A DNA stretch of 64,000 bases from Actinomycetes bacterium. Its GTDB lineage: Bacteria > Actinomycetota > Actinomycetes > JAHEKZ01. Position 1 is the stretch's first letter, and each line of letters starts with the position of its first letter. The DNA lies in NCBI GenBank assembly GCA_024644435.1, contig JAHEKZ010000002.1, forward strand, positions 36,177 through 100,176. Direction: 5' to 3'. Position numbers and translations under genes: made by a program. Shown here piece after piece: positions 1 through 12,112 of this stretch. The notes below the pieces were generated by a model, which made no database searches, was not told where the DNA came from, and saw only the letters and a list, made by a program, of their open reading frames with translations.

Positions 1-213
1 CGGGTGCACATGAGCGCGATCCGTCATCCATGTGTGGGCGATCTGACCTATGGCGCAGACCCCACGCTCTCGGCTCGCCTCGGTCTGACGCGGCAGTGGC
101 TGCACGCACGAGAACTGGCCTTTGCTCATCCGGCCTCTGGGGAGCGGGTTCGATTCACGTCGCCGTACCCGGCCGATCTCGAGCACGCTCTCATGGTGCT
201 GCGCGAGGAGTAG
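1..213 (+). CDS. RluA-family pseudouridine synthase, C-terminal fragment (gene begins upstream of window)
   Basis: ORF open to the window edge and ending at TAG 211-213. C-terminal sequence ...[18 protein letters not shown] is typical of RluA/RluD-type synthases. Confidence 0.55.
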   Translation, partial: RVHMSAIRHPCVGDLTYGADPTLSARLGLTRQWLHARELAFAHPASGERVRFTSPYPADLEHALMVLREE

Positions 214-1564
214 TCAACGGTTCGGCGTACGCCCAGGGTTCGGTCGTAAACCTTCGACCAACCGGGGTGGTCCACTCCAGCACTCCATCAGCTCGGTGCT
301 CCACGCTCCATCCGGGGGAGTGTTTGACTCGATGGTGGTGTCGGCAGAGTGCGGCGAGGTTCGTTGCCTCGGTCGGGCCCTCCGGCCATGCCACGGAGTG
401 GTCGAGGTCGGTGCCGGTTCCTTCCGCGATGGCGGAGCGTCGACAGCCGGGGAAGCGACAGGTGACGTCTCGTGCGCGAACGGCCCGTTCCAGCTGCGGT
501 GAAGGACGATAGGAACGCTCGGAGGCGCCCAGCAGGGCTCCTGACGTCTCGTCCACCAACAGCCGGCGCCACGTGACCGCAGATCCGCATCCTCCAGATG
601 CGAAGTTGCGCGCGTCTGCGGCTGTGATGGGCCCGATGCCGGGCACGACTCCCGGCTCGTCCCCTTTGCCAAGGAGTGTGTCGACGGGGACGATCACCTG
701 GACGCGCACCTGCGGAGGCTCTGCCCGACCGACCAGCAGGTCTAAGAGTGCGTCGGCCCGTCGCTGATCCATCGTGCGCAGATCGTCGGCACCTGCCTCG
801 ACGGCGATGGTGTCCACCGTGTCGTAGACCTGTCGGGCCTGGACGCTGGGAAGAATGGCTGTGAGCTCGGAGATGCCATCGGGCAGTGGCGTCAGCATCA
901 CCCGACGACTCGCCGTGGCTCGATCACGCCGGATCTGCGCGGCTCCGGGGTCGGCCGTCATCACGCGCCGCGCCAACCAGGCACGTAGCTGAGTGGTGGT
1001 GCGGGTGGCCGCATACTCGACGGCCGCGTCCGCCAGGGAGTCGGCAAAGAGCGGGTCGACGTCTCGCACGCCGTCGACGATCACCGCGACCTTGCGCTCA
1101 TCCAACCCGCCCGACGACCAGGAGCGCATCAGGGAGGGGAGGTCGGCAGCACCACATGCGATCGCGTATCGACGACTGGCCACCGCCTTCGTGGCCCCCA
1201 GGGTGACGGCGATCTCGTCGGCGACGAACTCGGTACGGCGCTCACTGGACCAGAGCGGACGCCCCAGCCGCTGCTCGTCGACCCGATCAGCGTGCTCGGC
1301 CCGGCGAGCCATTTCAGACATTGCCTGCGCCTGACGCGCCATGATCATCTGTGCCGTCCGTTCACACGCCAGGAGCTCTTCGCGCAGCCCCGCGTCGGTG
1401 ACATCACCGATCTCAGGCAGGTCTGTGAGCAGGTCAAAGACCCGCTGTGTGAAAGGAGTGGCGGTCGAGTCCATGCAGTGCACCTTGCCATCGGGGTCTG
1501 ACAAGTGTCGGCACCAGAGGTGCCGAAGAACCCCAGGGGACGCAAGATGGACCCATGACGACAA
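191..1564 (-). CDS. DUF222 (REP13E12-like) protein with C-terminal HNH endonuclease motif
   Basis: 457-aa ORF. C-terminus has HNH-type signature (...[11 protein letters not shown]...[14 protein letters not shown]). The alternative ATG at 1474 (MDSTATP...) may be the true start. Confidence 0.75.
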   Translation of the reverse strand: MSSWVHLASPGVLRHLWCRHLSDPDGKVHCMDSTATPFTQRVFDLLTDLPEIGDVTDAGLREELLACERTAQMIMARQAQAMSEMARRAEHADRVDEQRLGRPLWSSERRTEFVADEIAVTLGATKAVASRRYAIACGAADLPSLMRSWSSGGLDERKVAVIVDGVRDVDPLFADSLADAAVEYAATRTTTQLRAWLARRVMTADPGAAQIRRDRATASRRVMLTPLPDGISELTAILPSVQARQVYDTVDTIAVEAGADDLRTMDQRRADALLDLLVGRAEPPQVRVQVIVPVDTLLGKGDEPGVVPGIGPITAADARNFASGGCGSAVTWRRLLVDETSGALLGASERSYRPSPQLERAVRARDVTCRFPGCRRSAIAEGTGTDLDHSVAWPEGPTEATNLAALCRHHHRVKHSPGWSVEHRADGVLEWTTPVGRRFTTEPWAYAEPLTTPRAAP

Positions 1565-2445
1565 CGAGCACCGACACCTTCTCGATCGGTGGGGATCTGC
1601 CTGTTCATCGGCTCGGCTACGGGGCGATGCGGATCACGGGGGAGGGAATCTGGGGGCCACCCGCTGATCACGACGGTGCCCTCGCCGTTCTGCGCCGCGC
1701 CGTCGATCTGGGAGTCGACTTCATCGACACTGCTGACTCCTACGGGCCGACCGTCAGCGAGGAGCTCATCGCCGAGGCGCTGCACCCCTACCCGGACAAC
1801 CTCGTGATTGCGACCAAGGCCGGCCTGACCAGGACCGGGCCAGGCAAGTGGCACGCGCTGGGATTCCCCGAGTACCTCAAGCAGCAGTGCGAACTGAGCC
1901 TGCGCAGGCTGAAGCTGGAGACCATCGACCTCTTCCAGCTTCACCGTATCGACACGAGGGTGCCAATCGCCGACCAGCTCGGCGCCCTCGTCGAGCTGCA
2001 GCAGCAGGGCAAGATCCGGCATATCGGACTCTCCGAGGTCACCGTCTCGCAGCTGGGGGCTGCCCTCGAGGTCACGCCGGTCGCCACTGTGCAGAACCTC
2101 TACAACGTGGGTAACCGAGCGAGCGAACCGCTGCTGGACGTCTGCGCGTCTGCTGGGATCGGCTTCATTCCGTGGTTCCCCGTGCAGACCGGAGAGCTCG
2201 CGGCGCCGGGTGGGCCTTTGGCCACCCTCGCCGCCAGCACGGGCTACTCGCCCGCCCAGCTGGCTCTCGCGTGGCTGCTGCAGCGCTCGCCCGTGCTGCT
2301 GCCAATCCCCGGCACCAAGTCCATCGAGCATCTCGAGGAGAACTGCTCGGCGGCCGCCGTCACGCTGGATCCGGCCACCGTCGCCGTGCTCGACGGGCTG
2401 ACCGTGGCCGGTGTCGACCCCGAGGTGACCGGCACCTCTGCCTGA
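1555..2445 (+). CDS. aldo/keto reductase
   Basis: 296 aa with AKR motifs ([24 protein letters not shown]). Divergent from the DUF222 gene. Confidence 0.85.
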   Translation: MTTTSTDTFSIGGDLPVHRLGYGAMRITGEGIWGPPADHDGALAVLRRAVDLGVDFIDTADSYGPTVSEELIAEALHPYPDNLVIATKAGLTRTGPGKWHALGFPEYLKQQCELSLRRLKLETIDLFQLHRIDTRVPIADQLGALVELQQQGKIRHIGLSEVTVSQLGAALEVTPVATVQNLYNVGNRASEPLLDVCASAGIGFIPWFPVQTGELAAPGGPLATLAASTGYSPAQLALAWLLQRSPVLLPIPGTKSIEHLEENCSAAAVTLDPATVAVLDGLTVAGVDPEVTGTSA

Positions 2446-2583
2446 CCCGGAGCGTCGGTTCGGGGATCCACGGCAGCTCCCACTACAGTCGTCAGGGCCG
2501 CCTTCCCCCGGCACATTGACCGTCTGCAGGACTCCATATCCTTCGGGCACTACTCCGATCCACCCAGGGAGGCCGGCGCCGGT

Positions 2584-5500
2584 ATGGCCGACTCGTTCGT
2601 GCACCTGCACGTGCACACCGAGTACTCCATGCTCGATGGCGCTGCCCGGGTAGGCGAGCTGCTCGATGCCGCGGTGGAGCAGCAGATGCCTGCAATCGCG
2701 ATCACCGATCACGGCAATGTCTTCGGGGCGCACGACTTCTACCGCCAGGCCAAGGAACGCGGGATCAAGCCGATCGTGGGCATCGAGGCCTACCTGACGC
2801 CGGGTACCGACCGGCGCGACCGGTCGCGGGTTCGTTGGGGCAGCGGCGGGCAAGATGACGTCTCCGGCGCTGGCGCGTACACCCACATGACGTTGCTCGC
2901 GCAGTCGACCACCGGCATGCACAACCTCTTCCGGCTCTCGAGCCTGGCGAGCATCGAAGGGTTCTACTTCAAGCCCCGTATGGACCGCGAGCTCCTGCAG
3001 ACCTATGCCCAGGGCATCATCGCCACCACCGGCTGCGCCTCCGGCGAGGTCCAGACGCTGCTGCGCCTGGGTAAGTTCGATGCCGCTGCGCAGGCGGCGT
3101 CCGACTACCGCGACATCTTCGGCGCAGACAACTACTTCTGCGAGCTCATGGACCACGGCCTCGACATCGAACGTCGAGCTCGCGACGATCTCCTGCGCTT
3201 GGCGAAGAAGCTCAACCTGCCGCTGGTAGCGACCAACGACCTGCACTACACCCACGCTGCGGACGCGGAGTCCCACGCCGCGCTCCTGTGCGTACAGTCC
3301 GGCTCGACGTTGGCCGATCCCACGCGCTTCAAGTTCGACGCCAACGACTTCTACCTCAAGACGGCTGCCGAGATGCGCGACGTGTGGCGCGACTTCCCGG
3401 AGGCTTGCGACAACACGCTGCTGATCGCCGAGCGATGTGAGGTGGCGTTCAACGAGGACGCCAACCTCATGCCGAGGTACGACGTCCCCGAGGGTGAGAC
3501 CGAAGCCTCATGGTTCGTCAAGGAGGTCGAGCGCGGGCTGCACCAGCGATACCCGACAGGGATCTCCGATCAGGTGCGCAAGCAGGCCGAGTACGAGGTA
3601 GACGTCATCTGCCAGATGGGCTTTCCGGGCTACTTCCTGGTGGTGGCCGACTTCATCGGTTGGGCCAAGGGGCAGGGGATCAGGGTCGGCCCAGGCCGTG
3701 GCTCGGCGGCCGGCGCCATCGTGGCGTACGCACTTGGGATCACCGACCTGGACCCGCTGGTGCACGGGCTGCTCTTCGAGCGCTTCCTCAACCCCGAGCG
3801 TGTCTCCATGCCCGACATCGACATCGACTTCGACGAGCGTCGTCGTGGCGATGTCATTCGCTATGTCACCGATCGCTACGGCGACGACCGCGTGGCACAG
3901 ATCGTCACGTACGGCACGATCAAGGCCAAGCAGGCGATCAAGGACTCATCACGGGTCCTCGGCTACCCGTACGCGCTGGGTGACCGTGTCACCAAGGTGA
4001 TGCCCCCGTCCGTGATGGGCAAGGACATCTCGCTGGGCGGTATCTTCGACACCAAGAACAAGCGGTACGGCGAGGCCGGTGAGTTCCGGGCGCTCTACGA
4101 GTCGGACCCCGACGTGAAGCGGGTTGTCGACACCGCCCGCGGGCTCGAGAACCTCAAGCGCCAGTGGGGGGTCCACGCGGCCGGCGTCATCATGTCGAGC
4201 GAGCGCCTCATCGATCACATTCCGATCATGAAGCGCGAGCAGGACGGCGCGATCATCACGCAGTTCGACTACCCGACCTGCGAGCGGCTCGGGCTGTTGA
4301 AGATGGACTTCCTGGGATTGCGCAACCTCACTGTGCTTGAGGACGCCCTGGCCAACATCCAGGCCAACCGAGGCCAGACCGTCGTGCTCGAGACCCTCAC
4401 GCTGGACGACAAGGTCACCTACGAGCTGCTCGCCAGCGGAGACACTCTGGGCGTCTTCCAGCTCGACGGTGGCCCGATGCGCGCCCTGCTGCGATCGATG
4501 GTGCCGGACAACTTCGAAGACATCTCAGCGGTGCTCGCGTTGTACCGACCGGGACCGATGGGGGCCAATGCCCACAACGACTACGCCGATCGCAAGAACA
4601 ACCGCAAGCCCGTCACGCCGATCCACCCTGAGCTGGCGGAGCCGTTGGCCGACATCCTCGGCGACACCTACGGGGTGATCGTCTATCAGGAGCAGGTCAT
4701 GGCGATCGCCCAGAAGCTGGCCGGGTACACGCTCGGGCAGGCCGACCTCCTCAGACGGGCGATGGGAAAGAAGAAGAAGGAGGTGCTCGACAAGGAGTTC
4801 GTTCCGTTCTCGGACGGCATGCGCGAACGCGGGTACTCCGACAAGGCCATCTCCACGCTCTGGGATATCCTCGTCCCGTTCGCCGACTACGCCTTCAACA
4901 AGGCACATACCGCCGGGTACGGATTGGTCTCGTACTGGACCGCGTATCTCAAGGCGAACTTCCCGGCCGAGTACATGGCAGCGCTCCTGACGTCCGTCCG
5001 CGATGACAAGGACAAGTCAGCGCTCTACCTCCACGAGTGTCGTCGGATGGGTATCAAGGTCCTTCCACCTGACGTGAACGACTCCGATGCGAACTACACC
5101 CCACGCGGAACTGACATCCGCTTTGGACTCGCTGCCATCCGCAACGTCGGCCTGAACGTCGTGTCCTCCGTCGTCGAATCACGTCGAGCCAAGGGCAGGT
5201 TCACCGACTTCGCCGACTTCCTGGCCAAGGTCGACCAGGTTGTCTGCAACAAGCGAGTGATCGAGTCTCTGGTGAAGGCCGGCGCTTTCGACTCGCTCGG
5301 CCACACCCGGCGCGGGCTGATCACGGTGCACGTAGAAGCCGTCGACATGGTTCTGGAGACCAAGCGAGCTGAGGCGATCGGCCAGTTCGACCTGTTCGGG
5401 TCCTCGGACGACACCGAGACGGCCGCCTTCACCTCAGACCTCACGATCCCGGTTGGTGAGTGGGAGAAAGCCACCCTGCTGAGCCACGAGCGCGACATGC

Positions 5501-6099
5501 TCGGGCTGTATGTCTCCGACCATCCGCTCTTCGGGGTCGAGCACGTGCTGGCCGCCAACTCCGACTGCTCGGTCGCCGAGCTCATGGCCGACAGCGAGCG
5601 ACCCGACGGGTCGACCGTCACGGTGGGTGGGCTGATCACCGGGTTGCAGCGCAAGGTGACCAAGCAGGGCAACGCATGGGCCATCGCCACCCTCGAGGAC
5701 CTCGAGGGTGCGATCGAGGCAATGTTCTTCCCGGCCACGTACAACCTGGTCGCTCCTCACCTGCACGAAGATCGGATCGTGCTCGTGCGCGGTCGCGTCG
5801 ACCGACGCGACGACGTTCCCAAGCTGATCGCGATGGAGCTCACCCTCCCCGACCTGGACTCCGAGGAGTCGCGTGGCCCGGTCGTGATCTCGCTTCCGGT
5901 GGCTCGTTGTGTCCCTCCGGTCGTCGACCGGCTCAAAGAGGTGCTCAGCGCTCACCCGGGCACGGTGGAGGTTCATCTCCAGCTGCAGTCGGGGGGTCGT
6001 ACGACCGTGATGCGCCTCGACGACCGCCTGCGCGTGCGTCCATCGCCAGCCCTTTTCGGTGACGTAAAAGCGCTGTTGGGTCAGTCCAGCGTCGCGTGA
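2584..6099 (+). CDS. dnaE: DNA polymerase III alpha subunit
   Basis: 1171 aa. N-terminal PHP domain ([14 protein letters not shown]), polymerase core and OB-fold C-terminus. Confidence 0.95.
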   Translation: MADSFVHLHVHTEYSMLDGAARVGELLDAAVEQQMPAIAITDHGNVFGAHDFYRQAKERGIKPIVGIEAYLTPGTDRRDRSRVRWGSGGQDDVSGAGAYTHMTLLAQSTTGMHNLFRLSSLASIEGFYFKPRMDRELLQTYAQGIIATTGCASGEVQTLLRLGKFDAAAQAASDYRDIFGADNYFCELMDHGLDIERRARDDLLRLAKKLNLPLVATNDLHYTHAADAESHAALLCVQSGSTLADPTRFKFDANDFYLKTAAEMRDVWRDFPEACDNTLLIAERCEVAFNEDANLMPRYDVPEGETEASWFVKEVERGLHQRYPTGISDQVRKQAEYEVDVICQMGFPGYFLVVADFIGWAKGQGIRVGPGRGSAAGAIVAYALGITDLDPLVHGLLFERFLNPERVSMPDIDIDFDERRRGDVIRYVTDRYGDDRVAQIVTYGTIKAKQAIKDSSRVLGYPYALGDRVTKVMPPSVMGKDISLGGIFDTKNKRYGEAGEFRALYESDPDVKRVVDTARGLENLKRQWGVHAAGVIMSSERLIDHIPIMKREQDGAIITQFDYPTCERLGLLKMDFLGLRNLTVLEDALANIQANRGQTVVLETLTLDDKVTYELLASGDTLGVFQLDGGPMRALLRSMVPDNFEDISAVLALYRPGPMGANAHNDYADRKNNRKPVTPIHPELAEPLADILGDTYGVIVYQEQVMAIAQKLAGYTLGQADLLRRAMGKKKKEVLDKEFVPFSDGMRERGYSDKAISTLWDILVPFADYAFNKAHTAGYGLVSYWTAYLKANFPAEYMAALLTSVRDDKDKSALYLHECRRMGIKVLPPDVNDSDANYTPRGTDIRFGLAAIRNVGLNVVSSVVESRRAKGRFTDFADFLAKVDQVVCNKRVIESLVKAGAFDSLGHTRRGLITVHVEAVDMVLETKRAEAIGQFDLFGSSDDTETAAFTSDLTIPVGEWEKATLLSHERDMLGLYVSDHPLFGVEHVLAANSDCSVAELMADSERPDGSTVTVGGLITGLQRKVTKQGNAWAIATLEDLEGAIEAMFFPATYNLVAPHLHEDRIVLVRGRVDRRDDVPKLIAMELTLPDLDSEESRGPVVISLPVARCVPPVVDRLKEVLSAHPGTVEVHLQLQSGGRTTVMRLDDRLRVRPSPALFGDVKALLGQSSVA

Positions 6100-6177
6100 T
6101 CCGTGCCTGCGGACGACGTGCATGCGGTCCACGATTGGCGGTCTTGGGTGGGTCCCGGGCCGGGTTAGCCTGGTGCG

Positions 6178-7749
6178 GTGACTGAGACCGGGGGACTCGA
6201 GCCGACCGGGCCGCCTGGGCCGCACAGGCCCGCTCGGAGCAGCCGACGACTACGTGTGCTGGCGGCCGCGGGGGTAGCGGTCGTGGCTGCCGCCGGTGCT
6301 GGCTTCGCTGCCGGTACCGCAGTCGGCGGAGGCGGCACCCAGCCGGAAGACGTCCTTCCGGACACGGTCGTTGCCTATGTCGACGTCGACCTCGACCCCC
6401 CGGCGCAGCAAAAGGTCAACCTCGTGCGGCTGCTAGGACAGTTCGGGGGAGTCAAGCGTGAGTACGGCGGCGAGCCGGACCTTCGATCCGTGGCTGTCGA
6501 CTGGCTGCTCAAGGGGTCGGCTCTGGCTGACGCGGACGTGGAGGCCTGGGTCGGTGATCGAGTCGGGCTGGGGGTCAGCTGGGATCCCGATGCCGAAGCG
6601 CTCACGCCGGTTGCGGCGCTACAGGTAACCGACGAACGTGCTGCGGTGTCCGACCTGCGGCGCGTCGTGAAGCCTGACCAGATCGCCACGGTCGACGGGT
6701 ATGTCGTCGTGACGGGAGATCTGTTCGCCGAGTTCGACGCCCTCGGCCCGCTGGACGGAGTCGCGGGATCTGACCTTCCCGGCTCGCAGTCCGCAGCGGA
6801 CGTCGTGGCTGCGGGTGAGTCGTCCCCGCTGTCGGCGTCCTCCGCGTTCACGACGGTCTTTGACCACCTCGATGACGGCTTGGTGACCATGTACCTCAAT
6901 GGCGACCGCATGGCAGAGGCAGGGGATCAGGTGGCCGGCTCGCTCGGGCTGGTTGGGCCAGGCCTCTCGGACATATTCAGCCGATGGAGCACGTCGGGTC
7001 AGGCTGGAGCGGTATTTCGGGCTGAACCTGACGCGTTGGAGCTGCTTGCCTGGAGCAGCGTGGCGCCACCGGGAGGCGGTGCAAGGGCACAGCTGGCTGG
7101 CACCCTGCCCGAGTCGACCCTGGTTGCCGTTGAGACCACGGGCGGTTCCATGCTTGTCACCGAGCGCTGGGACCAGTTTCTTCGTGCAGCGGTAGCGGAC
7201 GGGACCTCGCCGAAGGACATCGACAGGGCCGTGACCGACCTCGAGGCACAGTACGGTCTGAGACTGCCTGGCGACCTCGAGACGATGGCAGGAGAAGATG
7301 CCGTGCTGGCGGTGGATGGGGAAGGACTGCTCACGGGAGTACCTGGCATCGGCCTGCGCTCGGTGACTGATCCAGCAGCGGGCGCCGACGTGGCGTCCCG
7401 GATCGAGGCCGGGTTGGCTGACGTGACCGGGGGGTTCGGAATTACCGCTCAGGGCCTCGACGACGGATTCGTGATCGCTACCACTGATGCGTACGCCGAG
7501 CAGCTCGCCGCCGGTGACGGCACGCTCGGCGCAGACGCGGACTTCCGGGCGGCCGTGCCGGACGCGCCTTCGGCGACCACCGTGATCTGGGTGAACTTCT
7601 CGCCGGTCAAGGGCTTCGCCTCCCTGGCGGCCCCCGACTCGGCCGATCTCATCACCCCGCTCCAGGCATTCGGATTCACCATCAGCCCAGATGACGGAGG
7701 CTCGATGGTCCGCGCCCGGTTGGTGTTCGACGAAGGGGACACCACATGA
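6178..7749 (+). CDS. uncharacterised Ala/Gly/Asp-rich exported or membrane-anchored protein (possibly DUF3352-like)
   Basis: GTG start. N-terminal basic stretch followed by a hydrophobic anchor (LRVLAAAGVAVVAAAGAGFAAG), then a long acidic low-complexity body. Heads the hisD transcription unit. Confidence 0.5.
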   Translation: MTETGGLEPTGPPGPHRPARSSRRLRVLAAAGVAVVAAAGAGFAAGTAVGGGGTQPEDVLPDTVVAYVDVDLDPPAQQKVNLVRLLGQFGGVKREYGGEPDLRSVAVDWLLKGSALADADVEAWVGDRVGLGVSWDPDAEALTPVAALQVTDERAAVSDLRRVVKPDQIATVDGYVVVTGDLFAEFDALGPLDGVAGSDLPGSQSAADVVAAGESSPLSASSAFTTVFDHLDDGLVTMYLNGDRMAEAGDQVAGSLGLVGPGLSDIFSRWSTSGQAGAVFRAEPDALELLAWSSVAPPGGGARAQLAGTLPESTLVAVETTGGSMLVTERWDQFLRAAVADGTSPKDIDRAVTDLEAQYGLRLPGDLETMAGEDAVLAVDGEGLLTGVPGIGLRSVTDPAAGADVASRIEAGLADVTGGFGITAQGLDDGFVIATTDAYAEQLAAGDGTLGADADFRAAVPDAPSATTVIWVNFSPVKGFASLAAPDSADLITPLQAFGFTISPDDGGSMVRARLVFDEGDTT

Positions 7750-8282
7750 CGGCTCAACGGCCCAGCGTCGCCGTGTTGGCTGAGACCGGATTCATCGCCC
7801 TGGTGCTGGGCGCTGTGATGGGCCTGGTGTGGTGGTGGGCGGCACCGACCGAGCAGTGGACGGTCGTCGAAGGTGGTCTGGTTCCGGCCGACCTCGGCTT
7901 CACCGCATGGTTCTCCGCCGATGGCTGGTTCCTGGCGTTGGGCGCCGTCGCGGGCGTCGTCCTCGCGGGTGCCAGCTGGCGGCGCGGCCGCACCCGTCCC
8001 GTCGTCCTTACCCTCGGGATCATCATCGGCGCCGGCCTGGTGTCGTTGGTGGCGTGGGCGCTTGGCGGCGCCCTCGGGGCGCCTGACCCCCAGACCGTGG
8101 CTGAGACCGCATCGGTGGGAACGGTCGTCGAGGGCTCGTTGGGGATTCGTGCGATGGGGGTTCTTTTCGCACCGGCTCTGGCGGCCCTCACGGTGCAGGC
8201 TCTGCTGCTGTCGAGTGCAAAGCTGTCCGACGAACCAACACCATTTCCTGACAGCAGTTGGGTACCTCAGCAGTCCTGGTGA
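7746..8282 (+). CDS. uncharacterised polytopic membrane protein
   Basis: 178 aa with about 4 hydrophobic segments. ATGA overlap with the upstream gene; stop lies 24 bp before hisD. Confidence 0.5.
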   Translation: MTAQRPSVAVLAETGFIALVLGAVMGLVWWWAAPTEQWTVVEGGLVPADLGFTAWFSADGWFLALGAVAGVVLAGASWRRGRTRPVVLTLGIIIGAGLVSLVAWALGGALGAPDPQTVAETASVGTVVEGSLGIRAMGVLFAPALAALTVQALLLSSAKLSDEPTPFPDSSWVPQQSW

Positions 8283-8306
8283 GGGTGTCCTTCCTAGACT
8301 GCTCCC

Positions 8307-9611
8307 ATGATCTCCCGCATCGACCTCACGGGTGCCGCGCGTGCGTCAGTGGACCCGAGAGACGTGCTGCCCCGCGCCGAGCTGAGTGTCGAGGCCGCAG
8401 TCGAGCAGGTGCGCCCTCTCTGCGACGACGTGCGCCGGCGTGGCTCGGCGGCCGTTCGCGAGATCACCGCTCGCTTCGACGGGGTCGAACTCGAGTCGGC
8501 CCGTGTTCCGGCGGATGCCATCACGGATGCGGTCGCAGCCCTCGATCCGCTGTTGCGGGCCGCACTCGAAGAGGCAATTTCACGGACGCGCCGCGTTCAC
8601 CAGGCGCAGTCGCGTCACGACGTCACCGTTGAGGTCGTTCCGGGCGGCCACGTCACCGAGACCTGGGTGCCGGTGCGTCGCGTGGGTCTGTACGTGCCCG
8701 GTGGGCTGGTCGCCTATCCGAGCAGCGTGGTCATGAACGTCGTTCCAGCCCAGATCGCCGGAGTCGAGTCCCTTGCCGTTGCATCACCGCCGCAACGCCA
8801 GAACGGCGGTCTGCCCAACGCTGCGGTGCTCGCTGCCTGCGGGCTCCTGGGTGTCGACGAGGTGTACGCCGTCGGTGGGGCACAGGCCGTGGCGATGTTC
8901 GCCTACGGAACCGACGACTGCCCCCGCGTCGACCTCGTGACCGGCCCCGGCAACATCTTTGTGGCGGCGGCCAAGCGGCTGCTCAAAGGCGTGGTTGGCA
9001 TCGACTCGGAGGCCGGTCCCACCGAGATCGGAATCCTGGCTGACCGGTCCGCCGACCCGCGGTACCTGGCCGCTGACCTGATCGCCCAGGCCGAGCATGA
9101 CGAGAACGCCTCCTGCCTGCTCGTCACTGACTCCGCCGACCTGCTCGTCGCTGTCGACGCCGAGGTGACCGATCAGCTCACGACGACCCGGCACCGGGAA
9201 CGCGTCGAGACGGCGCTGTCGAAACAGAGCGCCTACGTACTCGTCGATGATCTCGACCAGGGCTTGGAGGTCGTCGACGAATGGGCGGCCGAACACCTCG
9301 AGATCGTGACGGCGGACGCGTCCGAGCGCGCCTCTCGGGTGCGCAACGCCGGAGCTATCTTCGTCGGCCCCTACTCGCCCGTCTCCCTCGGTGACTACCT
9401 GGCAGGTTCGAACCACGTGTTGCCGACGGGGGGAACGGCGCGCCACAGCGGCGGCCTTTCGGTGCAGTCATTCCTGCGGGGAATGCACATCATCGAGTAT
9501 GACCGCGACGCCCTTGCGGGCTCGGCCGCCCATATCGATGCGCTCGGTGGTGCCGAAGACCTGCAAGCCCATGTGGCCGCTGTCCGCGCGCGCATCCCGC
9601 GAGAATCCTGA
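8307..9611 (+). CDS. hisD: histidinol dehydrogenase
   Basis: 434 aa. Conserved HisD core ([24 protein letters not shown]). Confidence 0.95.
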   Translation: MISRIDLTGAARASVDPRDVLPRAELSVEAAVEQVRPLCDDVRRRGSAAVREITARFDGVELESARVPADAITDAVAALDPLLRAALEEAISRTRRVHQAQSRHDVTVEVVPGGHVTETWVPVRRVGLYVPGGLVAYPSSVVMNVVPAQIAGVESLAVASPPQRQNGGLPNAAVLAACGLLGVDEVYAVGGAQAVAMFAYGTDDCPRVDLVTGPGNIFVAAAKRLLKGVVGIDSEAGPTEIGILADRSADPRYLAADLIAQAEHDENASCLLVTDSADLLVAVDAEVTDQLTTTRHRERVETALSKQSAYVLVDDLDQGLEVVDEWAAEHLEIVTADASERASRVRNAGAIFVGPYSPVSLGDYLAGSNHVLPTGGTARHSGGLSVQSFLRGMHIIEYDRDALAGSAAHIDALGGAEDLQAHVAAVRARIPRES

Positions 9612-10702
9612 TGGGCCTCACCGACCTGCCGCTGCGCGACGACCTGCACGGCCAGACGCCCTACGGCGCGCCACAGCTCGACGTGGACGTCCGCCTGAAC
9701 ACCAACGAGAACCCGTTCTCGCCCAGCGCGGCGGTCGTCGCATCGATCACCGAGCACGTCGGCGCGGCGGCGGCCGGTCTCAACCGCTACCCCGATCGTG
9801 ACGCCGTGGCCCTTCGCGGGGCTCTGGCCAGCTACGTGTCACAGCGGACCGGCGTCGCGGTGAGCCCCGACGGGGTTTGGCCGGCGAACGGCAGCAACGA
9901 GGTGTTGCAGCAGCTCTTGCAGGCATTCGGCGGGCCAGGGCGGTCGGCCGTGGGATTCGAGCCCAGCTACTCCATGCACCGGCTGATCTGTCGCGGAACC
10001 GGCACGGACTACGTCGCCTACCCCCGAACCGCCTCGTTCGACGTCACCGCCGCGGTGGCGCAGAGCGCGATCGCCGAGACACGCCCTGACATCGTCTTTC
10101 TCTGCACACCCAACAACCCGACGGGCACCACTGTCGAGCTCGACGTGATTGCGCAGCTGTACGACGCCACCTCAGGCATGGTCATCGTCGATGAGGCCTA
10201 CGCCGAGTTCAGTGCCGGCCCGAGCGCGGTCACACTCCTCTCCGGTCGCGAGCGACTCGTCGTGGTGCGCACACTGAGCAAGGCACTCGAACTAGCAGGT
10301 GCGCGCATCGGGTACGCCGTTGCCAACCGGTCTGTCGTCGACGCCCTTCAGCTGGTTCGCCTGCCCTACCACCTCTCGGCCGTCACGCAGGCTGTCGGCT
10401 TGGCAGCTTTGGAGCACACAGCAGAGCTCCTCCACTGGGTCGACGAGCTGACGGTGCAGCGAGACCGCATCGCCCGAGCCCTCGAAGAACTCGGCTATGA
10501 CGTCTATGCGTCTGAGGCCAACTTCGTCTTCTTCGGCGGGCTCGCAGATCAGCAGAAGATGTGGAACAAGCTGGTCGACGCCAGCGTCTTGGTCAGGGAC
10601 GTCGGCGTCCCTGGTCATCTGAGGGTCACCGCAGGTACCCCGGACGAGACCGACGCCTTCCTCGAGGCGATTGCGGCCATCACGAAGGAGAGTTCCGAAT
10701 GA
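9611..10702 (+). CDS. hisC: histidinol-phosphate aminotransferase
   Basis: 363 aa class II aminotransferase. ATGA overlap with hisD. Confidence 0.9.
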   Translation: MGLTDLPLRDDLHGQTPYGAPQLDVDVRLNTNENPFSPSAAVVASITEHVGAAAAGLNRYPDRDAVALRGALASYVSQRTGVAVSPDGVWPANGSNEVLQQLLQAFGGPGRSAVGFEPSYSMHRLICRGTGTDYVAYPRTASFDVTAAVAQSAIAETRPDIVFLCTPNNPTGTTVELDVIAQLYDATSGMVIVDEAYAEFSAGPSAVTLLSGRERLVVVRTLSKALELAGARIGYAVANRSVVDALQLVRLPYHLSAVTQAVGLAALEHTAELLHWVDELTVQRDRIARALEELGYDVYASEANFVFFGGLADQQKMWNKLVDASVLVRDVGVPGHLRVTAGTPDETDAFLEAIAAITKESSE

Positions 10703-11313
10703 CCACCAGTACGCCGTCCAACGCCCGAAGGTCCCGTGTCGAGCGCATGACGAAGGAGTCGTCGGTTGTCGTTGAGCTGGACATTGACGGCAGTGGTGTC
10801 GTCGATGTCGACACCGGCGTTCCGTTCTTCGACCACATGCTGTCGCAGCTGGGCAAGCACGGTCTCATCGATCTCCAGGTGCGCACCTCCGGCGACATCG
10901 AGGTGGACGCCCACCACACCGTCGAGGACACATCGCTGGCCGTGGGTCAGGCGCTGCGTGAGGCACTCGGGGACAAGGCCGGGGTACGCCGGTACGGGTA
11001 CGCGGTCGTGCCGCTGGACGAGACGCGGGTCCTGGCGTCCGTTGACCTGTCCGGTCGTCCCTATCTGGTGCACTCCGAACCCGAGCTGGTCGAGCTGATC
11101 GGCAGCTATGACACGACCCTCACCCGCCACATCTGGGAGTCGATCGTGGCTGAGGCGCGCGTCACCCTGCATGTCGAGGTGCAGACCGGCCGCAATGCTC
11201 ACCACATCGTCGAGGCGCAGTTCAAGGCGGTAGCGCGAGCACTCCGCGATGCGGTGGTGCTCGACCCGCGCGTCACCGGGGTTCCTTCGACCAAGGGGAC
11301 GCTGGGCACGTGA
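10699..11313 (+). CDS. hisB: imidazoleglycerol-phosphate dehydratase
   Basis: ATG 10699 preceded by GAAGGAG; ATGA overlap with hisC. HisB motifs ([18 protein letters not shown]). The track ORF beginning at 10561 is an N-terminal over-extension. Confidence 0.9.
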   Translation: MTTSTPSNARRSRVERMTKESSVVVELDIDGSGVVDVDTGVPFFDHMLSQLGKHGLIDLQVRTSGDIEVDAHHTVEDTSLAVGQALREALGDKAGVRRYGYAVVPLDETRVLASVDLSGRPYLVHSEPELVELIGSYDTTLTRHIWESIVAEARVTLHVEVQTGRNAHHIVEAQFKAVARALRDAVVLDPRVTGVPSTKGTLGT

Positions 11314-11468
11314 CGGGCAGCATCGCCCCGGTCCTGCTGCTGGCGCTGGCCGGCTTCTGCTTCGGGGGTGCCTACGCCCTCTTCAGCCAGAAGAAGCCGT
11401 GGTGGGCCGTCGGTCTGGTCACGGGCCTCGGCCTGCTGTCTCTCGTAGCCGGGTGGCTGTACCTGTGA
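11310..11468 (+). CDS. small hydrophobic protein (about 52 aa) between hisB and hisH
   Basis: GTG 11310 overlaps the hisB stop (GTGA) and its own TGA overlaps the hisH GTG 11465. The peptide [52 protein letters not shown] has two TM-like segments. A small ORF at this position is reported in the Streptomyces his cluster. Confidence 0.4.
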   Translation: MTGSIAPVLLLALAGFCFGGAYALFSQKKPWWAVGLVTGLGLLSLVAGWLYL

Positions 11469-12103
11469 GTCCGCGCCGGCCCAGCGTTGTGGTGCTCGAC
11501 TACGGGTCAGGAAACGTGCGCTCGGCGGTTCGGGCCCTGGACCGGGCCGGTGCTGATGCCGTGCTGACGTCAGACCGGTCAGTGGCCGCCGATGCGGACG
11601 GCTTGGTCGTTCCGGGAGTCGGTGCCTTCGCTTCCTGCATGGCGGGCCTCAACCGAGTGAGGGGAGGCGAGATCGTGGGGCGACGGCTCTCCGGTGGTCG
11701 TCCGGTGCTGGGGATCTGTGTCGGCATGCAGGTCATGTTCGAACGCGGGGTCGAGCACGGCGTCGAGACGGAGGGGTTCGGTGAATGGCCCGGAGCGGTG
11801 GTTCCGCTGGAGGCGCCGGTGCTTCCGCACATGGGCTGGAACAGCGTGTCGGTGCCAGAAGAGTCCCAGCTCTTCGCCGGCGTAGCCCATGAGCGGTTCT
11901 ATTTCGTCCACTCGTACGGAGTGCGCTCGTGGGAGCTCGAGCCGAGCCCGCGTCTGACCCCACCGGTGGTGACCTGGACGACACACGGAGCGCCGTTCGT
12001 GGCTGCCGTCGAGAACGGACCGCTCAGCGCCACGCAGTTTCATCCGGAGAAGTCCGGCGAGGCGGGTCACCTGCTGCTCCGCAACTGGCTGGCGACCCTC
12101 TAG
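11465..12103 (+). CDS. hisH: imidazole glycerol phosphate synthase, glutamine amidotransferase subunit
   Basis: GTG start ([17 protein letters not shown]). Class I GATase motifs (GICVGMQ, HSY). The track ORF beginning at 11249 is an over-extension. Confidence 0.9.
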   Translation: MSPRRPSVVVLDYGSGNVRSAVRALDRAGADAVLTSDRSVAADADGLVVPGVGAFASCMAGLNRVRGGEIVGRRLSGGRPVLGICVGMQVMFERGVEHGVETEGFGEWPGAVVPLEAPVLPHMGWNSVSVPEESQLFAGVAHERFYFVHSYGVRSWELEPSPRLTPPVVTWTTHGAPFVAAVENGPLSATQFHPEKSGEAGHLLLRNWLATL

Positions 12104-12112
12104 CCTGCATGC

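Noticed and set aside
1345-3276. 643-aa minus-strand ORF
   Set aside because: Antisense to the aldo-keto reductase and dnaE, with an Arg/Gly/Pro-rich low-complexity translation. A typical stop-free antisense frame in high-GC DNA.
10561-10698. N-terminal extension of hisB in the ORF track (starts at 10561)
   Set aside because: Overlaps the hisC 3' end. The real start is ATG 10699 with a GAAGGAG RBS and an ATGA overlap. The same over-extension logic applies to track ORFs starting at 11249 (hisH), 12434 (hisA), 23411 (lgt), 24007 (VIT), 37635 (pyrD), 40406 (rpoZ), 41883 (metK), 46833 (rsmB), 48250 (IMPase), 49235 (iclR), 50050 (SBP), 51986 (permease), 54778 (ribD), 58623 (hisG), 61506 (infC) and 62606 (rplT).
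11730-11737. GTTCGAAC within hisH, as a possible SOS half-site
   Set aside because: The half-site order is reversed relative to GAAC-N4-GTTC, and it lies inside a coding sequence.
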